DNA from: Candidatus Hydrogenedentota bacterium
GTDB taxonomy: Bacteria; Hydrogenedentota; Hydrogenedentia; Hydrogenedentales; JAEUWI01
Direction: 5' to 3'
NCBI GenBank assembly: GCA_034669905.1
Contig: JAXMOL010000003.1
Span: forward strand, 160,001-224,000
Length of the DNA: 64,000 bases
Shown here: in pieces, positions 18,181 through 32,644 of the stretch
Layout: every line of letters starts with the position of its first letter
Position numbering within the stretch: position 1 is the first letter of the stretch
Position numbers and translations under genes: made by a program
Notes under the pieces: generated by a model
Told to the model about the DNA's origin: nothing
The model's database searches: none
The model's input: the letters and a program-made list of their open reading frames with translations, nothing else

Positions 18181-18909
18181 CTACGCGGTCAGGTCCTTTT
18201 TCATGGCACGGCGTGCATGCCAGGTGTGGATGAGCAACGTCTGACAAATGCTCAACGGTTGCTCAAAGCCACTCTCGGTGAGGAGTGTGGCGAGGGTAGC
18301 AGGCGGGACCACGGCAACGCCCTTCTGAATGGCGTTGCGGTAGTTCTTGAGCACTTCCTCATCGCTATTGTTGTGCCGCATGAGTGCCAACCACTGCAGG
18401 AAAAGCCGGTCGCTGGGATCATCGTTCGCACGGGTCGCCAAATCCGCCGTAATCAACTGTCCACCCGGAAGTAGTCGTGCAGCGATACCCCGAAAGAAAT
18501 CGCGCCGGGCCTTTGGGTCGAGGACAAACTGGGAAACCAGAATAGACGTCGCCACATCGAACAGGCCCGATTCTGGAAGAGAATCAAGATAACCCACGTG
18601 AAAGGTGCACCGGTCGGCGATACCTGCCTCTTCTGCCTTGTGCCGGGCACGGGCCAGCATGGGGGCAGCGGGCTCCACGAGGGTAAAGGTCCAGTCGGGG
18701 TAGGCGTCTGCCAAATAGCACACTTCCGCACCGGTGCCCGCCCCCACACAGAGGACGCGGGATGCCGATGATGCATCGGCCAGGGCGGCGCGCATACACA
18801 GATGGAGCGCATCTTTCAGCGGCGTAAGTTTGGCGAATTGTTCGTCATAGACGGCGGCGTGATCTTCATCAAAGGCGATGCGGGTTCCCTGCTGGGTCAT
18901 TGGAGCCAT
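18181..18909 (-). CDS. Class I SAM-dependent methyltransferase (CmoA-like group)
   Basis: VLCVGAGTGAE motif I, LVEP, FDVATSILVSQF, LLPGGQLITAD. Confidence 0.9.
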   Translation of the reverse strand: MAPMTQQGTRIAFDEDHAAVYDEQFAKLTPLKDALHLCMRAALADASSASRVLCVGAGTGAEVCYLADAYPDWTFTLVEPAAPMLARARHKAEEAGIADRCTFHVGYLDSLPESGLFDVATSILVSQFVLDPKARRDFFRGIAARLLPGGQLITADLATRANDDPSDRLFLQWLALMRHNNSDEEVLKNYRNAIQKGVAVVPPATLATLLTESGFEQPLSICQTLLIHTWHARRAMKKDLTA

Positions 18910-19072
18910 TCCTCGTTGGCGAGGGCGTGATACCTCATCCGATATTACTTCGCTTGTGAGAATGAATTATCAATAGTAGCAGGGGCGGGGCTCGGGATCA
19001 AGGGGATGTCGCAGCAGGGAAAGGGCCTACCACGGAAGCCCCGGAAGGGCACGGAAAGTGGGGGCTAACGTG

Positions 19073-19106
19073 GACCCCGGTCATGCCACGGGGCGTGACC
19101 GGGGTC
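19073..19106 (-). terminator. GC-rich hairpin downstream of the esterase gene
   Basis: GACCCCGGTCATGCC/GGCGTGACCGGGGTC inverted repeat. No clear U-tract. Confidence 0.45.
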
Positions 19107-19119
19107 AAAGCGTATTCGG

Positions 19120-20232
19120 TTAATTCTGGGGAGTATAACCCTGCCACAAGTATTCCAGGGCCTGGGGGAGGAGTTGGTCCTTCATGGCGCGGTCGCAGTG
19201 TTTGGCGTTCTTCACAAAGCTGAACTGGTAGTCGTAACCTTTTTCCGCGAGGACGTGGGCCATGCGCTCGTTGGCGACGACCCAGTCGTGCATGTTGTCG
19301 CGTTGGACGTTGGGATTGAGGAGGTCCATGTCGCCGACGGACATCCAGATACGGAGGGGTTTCTTGGGGCTGTTGGGGATGATGTCTTCATGGAAGCCCC
19401 AGGCGCCGTAGGGTGTTTCAGGGTTCCAGGGCCATTGCTGGTTCACGAAGGTGCCGGAGAAACTGAGGACGCGGCGATAGAGGTCGGGACGGTACCAGGC
19501 CATGATCATGGCGCAGGAAGCACCCGAACTACAGCCCATGGTGGCCCGGCCTTCGGGGTCTTTCGTGAGCGTCACGTTGCACTCCGCCTCCACGAGGGGG
19601 AGGACTTCCGTCTCCACGAACTCGGCGTAGCGGCCCGACATGGTGTCGTATTCGAGGCCGCGTTGGCTGCCCTGCGCGTCGCCGCTGCCGTTGCTGATGG
19701 AGACGGCAATCATGGCGGGCACGCGCCCCTGGGCGATGAGGTTGTCGAGGGCCTTGAAGAGGTTGTTGTCGGGGCCGTCGGCACCCACGATGAAGGGGGC
19801 TTCCGTGCCGGGCGTGTAGCCTGCGGGGACGTAGACGGTGACCCTGCGGGTATAGGGCGCGGGGTGGCTCGTAGTGACGTCGAGCTTGTAGGGGTTCTCC
19901 GGGTCGGGCGTGCCGAAGGTGTCCTTCTCACGGGCGATACCGGGGTAAATCTTGCTGTCGGTTGATTCCATCACCAACTGGTGGATGGTTCCCTTGGGCA
20001 CGTCCTCCATGACCGCCATCTCGGGCGCAGGCGGATGGGTGGGGCCCACGATGAAGTTGCCATTGGCGTCGGCGGGTGGGACTTCGCCATCGGGGAGTTC
20101 CGTCGCGAGGACATAGCCGCCGGTGTAGGGATCGCGAGCCGGGGGTGTGGGGCGGGCTTCAGCGGACAGCGGGGCGAGTAGACCCACGATGAAGGTGGCG
20201 GAAAAGAGGAGGGATAGGTGGCGTAGCTGCAT
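19120..20232 (-). CDS. Secreted putative esterase (enterochelin esterase-like alpha/beta hydrolase)
   Basis: Signal peptide ending AEA, VYVPAGY, QRGLEYD, GCSSGA nucleophile, KHC. Confidence 0.85.
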   Translation of the reverse strand: MQLRHLSLLFSATFIVGLLAPLSAEARPTPPARDPYTGGYVLATELPDGEVPPADANGNFIVGPTHPPAPEMAVMEDVPKGTIHQLVMESTDSKIYPGIAREKDTFGTPDPENPYKLDVTTSHPAPYTRRVTVYVPAGYTPGTEAPFIVGADGPDNNLFKALDNLIAQGRVPAMIAVSISNGSGDAQGSQRGLEYDTMSGRYAEFVETEVLPLVEAECNVTLTKDPEGRATMGCSSGASCAMIMAWYRPDLYRRVLSFSGTFVNQQWPWNPETPYGAWGFHEDIIPNSPKKPLRIWMSVGDMDLLNPNVQRDNMHDWVVANERMAHVLAEKGYDYQFSFVKNAKHCDRAMKDQLLPQALEYLWQGYTPQN

Positions 20233-20605
20233 GATGAAGTCCTTGTCGTTTCAGGGGATGCCCGGCCCACCGCGGGGGAACGGGAAAATCGCGGTGGGCG
20301 TGTGTCGAAGTACGGTAGCACATGGGTGGCGCGATGGGAAACAGCGGGTGGGCGGCGGACACTCGAGGGTTACACGCGCACGAACCGGAGTACCGGATCG
20401 CGCGGCACGGGGGCGGCGATTTGTCGAAGACGAACGTGGCGTGCTTGGATTCAGTTTAGGTGGGAACGTGTTAAGCGGCGTCGTGACGTACTGCCGGTAC
20501 AGTCCCTTCTTCGTTTGGCACGAAGGAGCTGACAGTCCCGTGTGACGGCCTATCTACGTGCGAAATCTTTTGTGCTCCTTGCGTTCTCTGTGGTTAAGAA
20601 AACCG

Positions 20606-23600
20606 TCAATCCACAAAGTAAAACGCATTGCTGCTGAGCAATACCTGGGCGTAGGCCGCGAGGGCGGTGGTGTTTTCGGGGTGGCCGAGTTGTTGGAGGG
20701 CCTGCTCGGCGATGTCTCGTTCGGTGTCGGTGGGGGGACGGAGGAAGAGGCGGTGGTACATGGTGTCCACGGCGGCAGTGCTGGGGTCCGTGGCGGCGAT
20801 GGTGGCGAGGGCCTCGGCGGCGCGGAGTTGGAGGGGGTGGTTCATGAGGAAGAGGGCCTGGGGGGCGACGGTGGATTCGTTGCGGGCGGCGACGATGGAG
20901 GTGGGGTCGGCGCCGTCGAAGAGCTGGGTGTAGGTGTTGAGGTTGGAGCGGCTGGTGCGGTAGTAGAGGGTGCGGCGGGGCGTGGCCAGGTCGACGTAGG
21001 CCGGGCCGCCGGGCGTGGGGTCCAGTTGGTCGGTTACGAAGAGGAGGCTGTCGCGCAGGGACTCGGCATCGAGGCGTTGGCGGTTCATGCGGGCGAGGAG
21101 CCGGTTTTCGGGGTCGGCCGTGTGGAGTGCTTCGTCGGCACCGCTGCGTTGCTGCCAGGTGGCGGAAGTGAGGATGAGGCGGTGGAGTGCCTTCAGACTC
21201 CAGCCCGATTCGATGAAGCGGGCGGCGAGGTAGTCCAGCAATTCGGGGTGGGTGGGCGCCTGGCCCTGGGCACCAAAGTCGCCGGGGGTGCGGACGAGGC
21301 CTGCGCCGAAGTGATGTTGCCAGACACGATTCACCATGACCCGGGCGAGGAGGGGCGCACTGTCTTCGGTAAGCCACTGGGCCAGTTCGCGGCGGCCACT
21401 GCCTTCGGTCACGGGGCGCACGGCGCTGCCGGTGATGAGGGCGGGCATGTGGCGGGGCACGAGGTCCCCGAGGTTGGTGTATTCCCCCCGGCGATGTACA
21501 TGGACGTCGTGGATGCCCGCGTGCTCGGTGTTGGGTACGCCCCCTTCCTGGATGCCCACGGCGCGCTCAAAGGGCGTGGCGACTTCTTTTTCCAGTTCGG
21601 ACAACTCGGCCACGAGGGCGTTGAAGGCGTCGGGATCGGCGGGGGGCGGCGTGTCACTCCAGGCGGGGCCGCCGGGTTCGCGGAGTGCCGACACAGCACG
21701 CTTCAAGGGCGACTCGGCGTTGGCCAGTGCGCCGTCGATGGCGGCCTGGATGGCGGCAGCGGCTTCTGTGAGGGCCACCGCATCCCGTTGGCCCGATGCC
21801 ACTTCCCGGAGGGCGGCGCGCCACGGCGCAAAGAGGATGGGGTCGAGGGTGCTTCCGCCCTGCTCGGTGAAGAGCCACCAGACCTCGCGGTTTCCCTGGG
21901 CGTCGGGCCACGGATTGCCCTGGGCGAAATTGGTGAGGAGGGTCTCTGTGCTGTCCCAGGTCGGTCCGCCTTCCGACGTGATGGTCAGGTGTAGCTCCGT
22001 GGTGTCGCAGGCATGTCCCCCGGCGGGTAAGACCGTGAGGCGCAGTTGGTCCTGGGCGGCCACGGCAAAGGGCGTGTCGATAGCGAATGAGGCCTTTTCC
22101 CCATTGGGCACCCTGCCCGATGCGATGGTGCGTCCCAGTCCGGATTCATGATGGGTCAGGGTCCACTGGATGCCATCGCCACAATTGCTGTCTGCATCGG
22201 CAAGATGGCCCTGAAGGGTGATGGTGGCATCCATGGGTGCCCGCCAGGCGAGGCCCACGCCTTCGGTGGGACCAGGGTGGATGGCGACCGAGCGGGCGGT
22301 CTGGGCGATGGTGGCGTAGGCGATGTCGTGCTCAGAGGCGTTGCCCACGGCGGAGGGGGTGTCCGTGTTGCCTTTGCGGGTCGTCACGCCGGGGAGGGAT
22401 TGAAAACGTTCCTGGACCTTGGGGAGCGCGGGGCGCACGTCGCCATCGAGGGTGCGCTGCCACCGTTGGAGCACGTCGGGGTGGAGGGTGGATGTGTCGG
22501 CGGATTCTCCGTTTTGCGTCGCCAATAGATAGGCACCGGTCTTGCCCAACTGGGTCGTGGCAAAGGAATCGCGCGCGGCCTGCAACTGGGTGTCCCGCGA
22601 TTCGATAAGGGTCTTGATACGCGCCTCGGCCTCCGCACGTCGTGCCACCGTTTCCGGCGCGGCCAGGGGGAGGTGGGAGATGGGCGAGCCTTCGGTCTTC
22701 GCGCCGGGTCCCGGCAAGATGGAGCTGCTGAAGAAGATTCCGGCCATGCCGTAGTACTCTTCCGTCGAAAGGGGGTCAAACTTATGATCATGACAACGGG
22801 CACAGGCCAGGGTGGTGCTCAGGAATGCCCGGGTGACCACGTCGACCTGATCGTCCACGATGTCGGATACCATTTTCTGTTTGTCCGCATCGCCCTGGGG
22901 CCAATGGCCGATGGCAAGCATGCCGGTGGCGATGAGGCCGTCGCGATAAAAATCACCTTCCCTTGCCGGCAGCAAATCGCCCGCCACCTGGTGGGTCACA
23001 AAGTCGGTGTAGGGCATGTCTTCGTTGAGCGCGTTGACGACCCAATCCCGATAGCGCCAGATTTCCACGGGGTCGGTTTTGTCATTGCCCCGGGAGTCAA
23101 AGGAGTCGGTATAGCGCACCACATCAAGCCAGTGCCGTCCCCACCGCTCGCCATAGAAGGGCGACGCCAAGAGCCCGTCGATGACGGTCTGCCACGCTTC
23201 GGGACTTTGGTCGGCTTCAAAGGCTGCCAGGGCTTCCGGTGTGGGTGGGAGCCCTGTGAGGTCATAGGTTACCCGTCGCAATAGGGTGGGGCGGTCGGCG
23301 GCGGGAGACGGGGTCAGGGCCGCCGCCTCCTGGGCGGTGCGAATATACGCATCGACGGGATGGAGCGCATCGGCGCGCGCCGGTGGTGCCGTGTCCTTCA
23401 GGGGCTGATAGGCCCAATGCCGGGCCCGCGCCTCGGAGAAGTCTTTTTTCTCCGGGGCTGTGCTGGGGTCATAGGCGGGCCAATGGGCACCATCGACGAC
23501 CCATTCGGTCAGGCGCGCAAGCTCCTCGGGGCTAAGGGGGCCGTCCGGCGGCATCTTAAGTTCGCCTGTCTGTCGGACGGCTTCGAGGAGGAGGCTGTTG

Positions 23601-23869
23601 TCGTCTCCCGGCGTGACCGCGGGCCCCCGGGAGCCGCCCGCAGCGAGGGCTTCCGCCGAATCGAGGCGCAGGGCGGATTTCTGTTTTTCCGGGCCGTGGC
23701 ATCCGTAGCAGTTTTTTACCAGGATGGGCCGTATTGCTTTTTCGAAGTGCGCATCGGCGCTGTCCGCAGGAGCAATCGCCCCCGGGCAAAGAAGGCCGAG
23801 CATCAGGAGCGCCCGATAGACGCTATCGGGCCCCCTCCGAAACCAATCTCTCCGGAAATTCTGCATCAT
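20606..23869 (-). CDS. Planctomycete-type cytochrome c / DUF1549 / DUF1553 protein
   Basis: CYGCH and [69 protein letters not shown] before ATG 23869. Confidence 0.92.
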   Translation of the reverse strand: MMQNFRRDWFRRGPDSVYRALLMLGLLCPGAIAPADSADAHFEKAIRPILVKNCYGCHGPEKQKSALRLDSAEALAAGGSRGPAVTPGDDNSLLLEAVRQTGELKMPPDGPLSPEELARLTEWVVDGAHWPAYDPSTAPEKKDFSEARARHWAYQPLKDTAPPARADALHPVDAYIRTAQEAAALTPSPAADRPTLLRRVTYDLTGLPPTPEALAAFEADQSPEAWQTVIDGLLASPFYGERWGRHWLDVVRYTDSFDSRGNDKTDPVEIWRYRDWVVNALNEDMPYTDFVTHQVAGDLLPAREGDFYRDGLIATGMLAIGHWPQGDADKQKMVSDIVDDQVDVVTRAFLSTTLACARCHDHKFDPLSTEEYYGMAGIFFSSSILPGPGAKTEGSPISHLPLAAPETVARRAEAEARIKTLIESRDTQLQAARDSFATTQLGKTGAYLLATQNGESADTSTLHPDVLQRWQRTLDGDVRPALPKVQERFQSLPGVTTRKGNTDTPSAVGNASEHDIAYATIAQTARSVAIHPGPTEGVGLAWRAPMDATITLQGHLADADSNCGDGIQWTLTHHESGLGRTIASGRVPNGEKASFAIDTPFAVAAQDQLRLTVLPAGGHACDTTELHLTITSEGGPTWDSTETLLTNFAQGNPWPDAQGNREVWWLFTEQGGSTLDPILFAPWRAALREVASGQRDAVALTEAAAAIQAAIDGALANAESPLKRAVSALREPGGPAWSDTPPPADPDAFNALVAELSELEKEVATPFERAVGIQEGGVPNTEHAGIHDVHVHRRGEYTNLGDLVPRHMPALITGSAVRPVTEGSGRRELAQWLTEDSAPLLARVMVNRVWQHHFGAGLVRTPGDFGAQGQAPTHPELLDYLAARFIESGWSLKALHRLILTSATWQQRSGADEALHTADPENRLLARMNRQRLDAESLRDSLLFVTDQLDPTPGGPAYVDLATPRRTLYYRTSRSNLNTYTQLFDGADPTSIVAARNESTVAPQALFLMNHPLQLRAAEALATIAATDPSTAAVDTMYHRLFLRPPTDTERDIAEQALQQLGHPENTTALAAYAQVLLSSNAFYFVD

Positions 23870-23925
23870 ATAGTGACACCTCGTTGCGATAAGACAGCTC
23901 GATGCCAGTATAGAGTTTTCCAGAG

Positions 23926-23961
23926 AAAAAGGGAATGGCCGCCGACCATGTCGGCGGCCAT
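23926..23961 (-). terminator. Terminator of the sce7726-sce7725-RES operon
   Basis: Perfect 12-bp stem ATGGCCGCCGAC/GTCGGCGGCCAT at the RES stop, followed on the minus strand by TCCCTTTTT. Confidence 0.7.
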
Positions 23962-24989
23962 CAGGCCCGGGATGGTTCCACTTCGACGGAAACTTTTGAG
24001 ACACGATAGGGAGACACGGAATTGCATGTGCCTTTCTGGGTGTCGAAGAGGGCCAGGTTTATTCCTTCGCCCACAGAGCTGCCGTAGATGACACCGTCGA
24101 AGCCGCTTTTCTTGATGAACTCACAGAGGTACTGGCTGGGGATATAGTCAATGGCGGCGCTATGCGGTAAGACTGGACGTGACAGCTCCTTACCAAGACG
24201 TTCCAACAGGGGTAGGTCGGCACGTAGCTGTCCAATTTCGCCAGAGCCTGACAAGATAAACGGAGAAACGTGGCCGCGCGGGTCTCGTAGGTCGGCGGCA
24301 CGAATTCTGGGAATTGTAAACTCTCCTACGGAAGCCCGAGCGCCTGTGTGTGGTCTGACTTCGGCTACGGCTGTTTCAGGTCTGGAGGCCAAATAGAGAT
24401 ACGGGATACCTGCGGGGTTTGCTCTTCCATGAGATGCGATACGTCTTGGTGGCGCTCCCATTTTCTCTATCGGAAAATTCTCATCCTCGCCACATATACG
24501 AGCTCGGAACCAAGTCTCCGGGAGTTTTCTTGCCAATAGATGGTCCAGCAGTTCTCTAAGTCTGTCTGTATCCAGGTTCTCATCCAAGAACCATCGGTTA
24601 CGGGACATCATTTCATCCCGTAATGCATCCCATTGTACCAATCCTTCGCTCTCATAGCTTGTGGAGGGGGAAAAGGGCTTTCGGACGATCTCCCCGTCGT
24701 CCAGAATGTCGCCCAAAAGAATCTTGGCATCAGAAAGACTCATTTGTTCGTCAGTGAAGAGTTTCCAATCCTTCTTCATCCACTCTACGAGAGAGTAGCC
24801 GTCTGGGTCTGGCTCATATACATTGGTGAGAAGCTCGAAGTAGTCGGCAAGTTTCACTGGCTCAACCAGAGAAACCTCTTCAGATTTGCAATAATTGCAA
24901 GTGCCAGACCTCGAAGATAGCGATGGGATGATACTATCTCGTAGGCCATGGTCGTCGAAGCATTCAGCGCAGCAGTATGTTGTAGCCAT
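23961..24989 (-). CDS. RES-domain protein (NAD+ phosphorylase-like toxin fold) with Cys-rich N-terminal domain
   Basis: WFRAR, MGAPP, GRANPAGIPYLYLA, TAVAEVRP, YIPSQYLCEFIK..GFDGVIYGSS, NLALFD. N-terminal CCAEC...CNYC. Confidence 0.9.
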   Translation of the reverse strand: MATTYCCAECFDDHGLRDSIIPSLSSRSGTCNYCKSEEVSLVEPVKLADYFELLTNVYEPDPDGYSLVEWMKKDWKLFTDEQMSLSDAKILLGDILDDGEIVRKPFSPSTSYESEGLVQWDALRDEMMSRNRWFLDENLDTDRLRELLDHLLARKLPETWFRARICGEDENFPIEKMGAPPRRIASHGRANPAGIPYLYLASRPETAVAEVRPHTGARASVGEFTIPRIRAADLRDPRGHVSPFILSGSGEIGQLRADLPLLERLGKELSRPVLPHSAAIDYIPSQYLCEFIKKSGFDGVIYGSSVGEGINLALFDTQKGTCNSVSPYRVSKVSVEVEPSRA

Positions 24990-24997
24990 CGATTAGA

Positions 24998-25957
24998 TCA
25001 GCTCACTGACTCTAAGTGACGGGCCACCGTTTCGATATGGTGCTTCATGGAGAGCTTTTTCACGTAACCTAGTCCGGGAAAGTGTCCCTTACGGTGTAGT
25101 TTCCGAAACTCCTCAATAGCACTCGTTTCGTATAGCATCGAAGTGCCGGAATCAAGGGTTTCGGTTAGCTTTTGAAGGGCCTCTGCAAATTTTCCGGCAG
25201 GGTCTGTAGGGGTGTCATTGCTATCCGACACAAAGTGATGTATGTACATGACGTCTTCGGCATCGTGTTTGATAAAGGTGAGATGGATTGCTACGGCGTA
25301 CGCGGGCCCGCCGCCCTCTGAGTAGTCGTCTCCAACAATAAGAAAGTCTCCAAAACCATCCATCACCATATCGTCATAGGTCAGGTGGAGTTCAGAAAAC
25401 TTCTCGACCGGGGGGTAGTCGGCATTGCGCTGTCGCCTGAATCCATCTCGTAGAAGAATGCGTGTAGCATCTTTGAAATGCTTTCGGTATAGCAGCTGCG
25501 CGTGTTCCTCAATGAATACGTGCTGCGCTTTGGTGAGGTCAGTGTGCTCTTGCAGTGCTTCAGCCAGTTTCCTGGGTTCCGTGAATCCGGCGTGCACAAG
25601 CGTTGGGCGATGATCCCGATGTGCTTCAGCTAGGCGTAGAGCGTCTTCTGTAGTAGTATCATTGCGAAGTAAGATGCCAGCAGAAATGAATTCGCAGTCA
25701 TCATAGTTCGTTCCAATCATGTTGGAAATGCTGTCACTATCGCCGCTATGGTCGCCATAGAACGGATTTACGATGAGGATGGCTTTTCCGTGTGCGTCGC
25801 GAACAGCTTCCAGCGACTTTTCCAGCCCCCGAAGTGTCTCTCGAACTGGCTCAATGATAGGCACGAAGCTTTTCACCAGAGAAGGGGTGGCGCATTCGCG
25901 AATGGCAATGAGTTCAAATTGTTTGCCCCGAAAGTAGGGATAGTAGCGTTGCCCCAT
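24998..25957 (-). CDS. sce7725 family protein (beta-protein-like)
   Basis: YYPYFRGKQFELIA, PIIEPV, DGFRRQRNADYP..EKFS, GFGDFLIVGDDYSEGGGPAYAVAIHLT, HFPGLGYVKKLSMKHH. Confidence 0.88.
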   Translation of the reverse strand: MGQRYYPYFRGKQFELIAIRECATPSLVKSFVPIIEPVRETLRGLEKSLEAVRDAHGKAILIVNPFYGDHSGDSDSISNMIGTNYDDCEFISAGILLRNDTTTEDALRLAEAHRDHRPTLVHAGFTEPRKLAEALQEHTDLTKAQHVFIEEHAQLLYRKHFKDATRILLRDGFRRQRNADYPPVEKFSELHLTYDDMVMDGFGDFLIVGDDYSEGGGPAYAVAIHLTFIKHDAEDVMYIHHFVSDSNDTPTDPAGKFAEALQKLTETLDSGTSMLYETSAIEEFRKLHRKGHFPGLGYVKKLSMKHHIETVARHLESVS

Positions 25958-25963
25958 GTCGTA

Positions 25964-26866
25964 TTAGATCCATTCTCTGGTTACGGTAAATGGGTCATTG
26001 ATGGTCTTTACCAAACGCGCGCGCTCGGTCTGCCGTATCGGTATTGAGAGCGCCGCTGCGTGCAAAGAAGACGGCAACTGCAATACCAGGTCGTTGTAGG
26101 GCGCGAGACTGCGGCTGTACTTTAGCGTTCGAACCATCTGTCTATGTAGCGTGGTTGGGTCCAGATCCGAAAATGCACGTTTCAATACTTTGCGGCGCAT
26201 TGTATTGGGGACTTCGGGGACGTCCACCTCAAGCGAATTCAAAATGGACATCGCTTCGTCAGTTCGCAGACAGTCGAGTACGGAGGAGGGGTAAATGCGA
26301 TTAGGTTCTTCGATAGCTTCACGCACAGTAGATATCTGATAGCGCTTCGAAAGGCACAAGACGCCCACATCCTCCGGAGTCAACGAGAGAATTCGGTCAA
26401 TGTGGCATTCACTCGCTATGACGTTCACTTCTGCGAAAACGCGCTTGTACATCTCGACTTGCTTTTCGAGCCGAACGAGTGAGTCGCGCTCAGACTTGAT
26501 TTCATATGCCGTCGAGGTGCCATTGAGAATTACGAGATCGGCCTTGCGTCTGCCGACACGAAACTCGCTCAGCATAGAGGCTGTTCGAAGGGAATGTCTG
26601 CCCAGAAGTATTTTTTGTGTGAGGGCGGACCGGTAGACGTACTCGTCTCGGTTTCCTGATGTCTTGAGTAAAGCAAATGCTGAGTCAAAGACATCGCCTA
26701 CCGTAGCAGAAGAGTCGATGCATATTGGGAGATTAGACAACTCCGCAAGGCGTCTGAAGAGCGATGAACGGCCTGTGCGCGCCAGTTCCCGAAAAACAGT
26801 CGACGAAAACATGCGCGTAATGGCAGCTAGGTCTGTTGCACATTTCGGCATGTCCCCTCCGTTCAT
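25964..26866 (-). CDS. sce7726 family protein (PD-(D/E)XK-like motif)
   Basis: RDEYVYRSAL, EFRVGRRKADLVILNGTSTAYEIKSERDSL.RL..Q...Y. First gene of the three-gene unit. Confidence 0.88.
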   Translation of the reverse strand: MNGGDMPKCATDLAAITRMFSSTVFRELARTGRSSLFRRLAELSNLPICIDSSATVGDVFDSAFALLKTSGNRDEYVYRSALTQKILLGRHSLRTASMLSEFRVGRRKADLVILNGTSTAYEIKSERDSLVRLEKQVEMYKRVFAEVNVIASECHIDRILSLTPEDVGVLCLSKRYQISTVREAIEEPNRIYPSSVLDCLRTDEAMSILNSLEVDVPEVPNTMRRKVLKRAFSDLDPTTLHRQMVRTLKYSRSLAPYNDLVLQLPSSLHAAALSIPIRQTERARLVKTINDPFTVTREWI

Positions 26867-27088
26867 TATGTAAGCCTTATATTGTCGATACTGAACTTGA
26901 TTCTACGTTAGAATTGTGCTCACACGCAAGGCTGCGGGGTGGTTGTCGATATGAGTTTGGACGGGGAGTTTGACAAAAAATTCCATTCAACTTCACTGGT
27001 CGCAGGTGTTACTGCGGTCCAGTCCCATTAAATATAGCGTCGGTGATACATTTAGAGTTCTGTGAAATAATCACTCAGAAAAGGAACA

Positions 27089-27298
27089 TTGATGGGCACT
27101 CAGTCGATAACGTTTAGAGATGATGTGGGTTCAGTGCTTAAGATAGAAGGGAGGGAGAACGGGTTCGATTTTATGACCGCCGATACAAGGGAATTGGAAG
27201 TGGAGGGAAGTGGTGTTTACGTCGGGATAGACTTTCAAGACGCTAAGGAACTCTACGAGTTTATCGGTAGGCATTTGCGAAAGGCAGAGGAAATATAG
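27089..27298 (+). CDS. Small hypothetical protein
   Basis: AAGGA RBS, 69 aa, protein-like composition. Lies in the AT-richer segment divergent from sce7726. Confidence 0.55.
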   Translation: MMGTQSITFRDDVGSVLKIEGRENGFDFMTADTRELEVEGSGVYVGIDFQDAKELYEFIGRHLRKAEEI

Positions 27299-27416
27299 TT
27301 TTCGGTTGGCATTATTTTTTGCGCGGTTCTCGTAGAGATAGGGCCGCCGGATATGTTTACCGGCGGCCCAATTCAGTGTAGGGTGCACTCCTAAGCGTCG
27401 CGCTTGATTCGCTCGA

Positions 27417-29930
<2,514 letters not shown>

Positions 29931-30028
29931 TTATGGGTGGCCTGCCCGAAGTGGTTTCGGGCAGGCCCCGCAGATAGATGGGCTTCTTTCGCCCACCTTG
30001 CAAAGTGGGTGATTCAGCGGTACTTCGC

Positions 30029-32248
<2,220 letters not shown>

Positions 32249-32495
32249 TTATCCGAATAACGGATGCGTAAGCAATTCATGGGCAGCGCGACAGCGCGTG
32301 GTCGGTAGCGTGGTGAATCGAACTTCGCCCCCGCGAACGATGTAAGGCACGGTATTGCTCTCCTCCCCGATTGCGTTAACTCCAGCAGGCCGCAGCACCT
32401 GGGGGCCGCGGTGTTGGAGGCACGCAGACCCATCACTTGACGTGACTCGATCCCGTGTTCGTTTTCAGCGTAGCAATTTAATTGAAATGTGTCCA

Positions 32496-32532
32496 ATCGA
32501 TAATATAGATTTCACTCATAGGCTGGCTCTAT
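32496..32532. promoter_or_regulatory. Putative OxyR binding site between katG and oxyR
   Basis: ATCG-N7-AGAT-N7-ATAG-N7-CTAT, versus the OxyR consensus ATAG-N7-CTAT-N7-ATAG-N7-CTAT. Confidence 0.65.
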
Positions 32533-32644
32533 GTTGGGCCCGTTCCGTGCAGGAGGCTCACCGGGGCACCTCGTAGCCTGCTTTCGTAATTCTTAGACCT
32601 CCCGCCCCCGTAAAATGATTCGTTGATCACGTTGGAGCGCCAGT

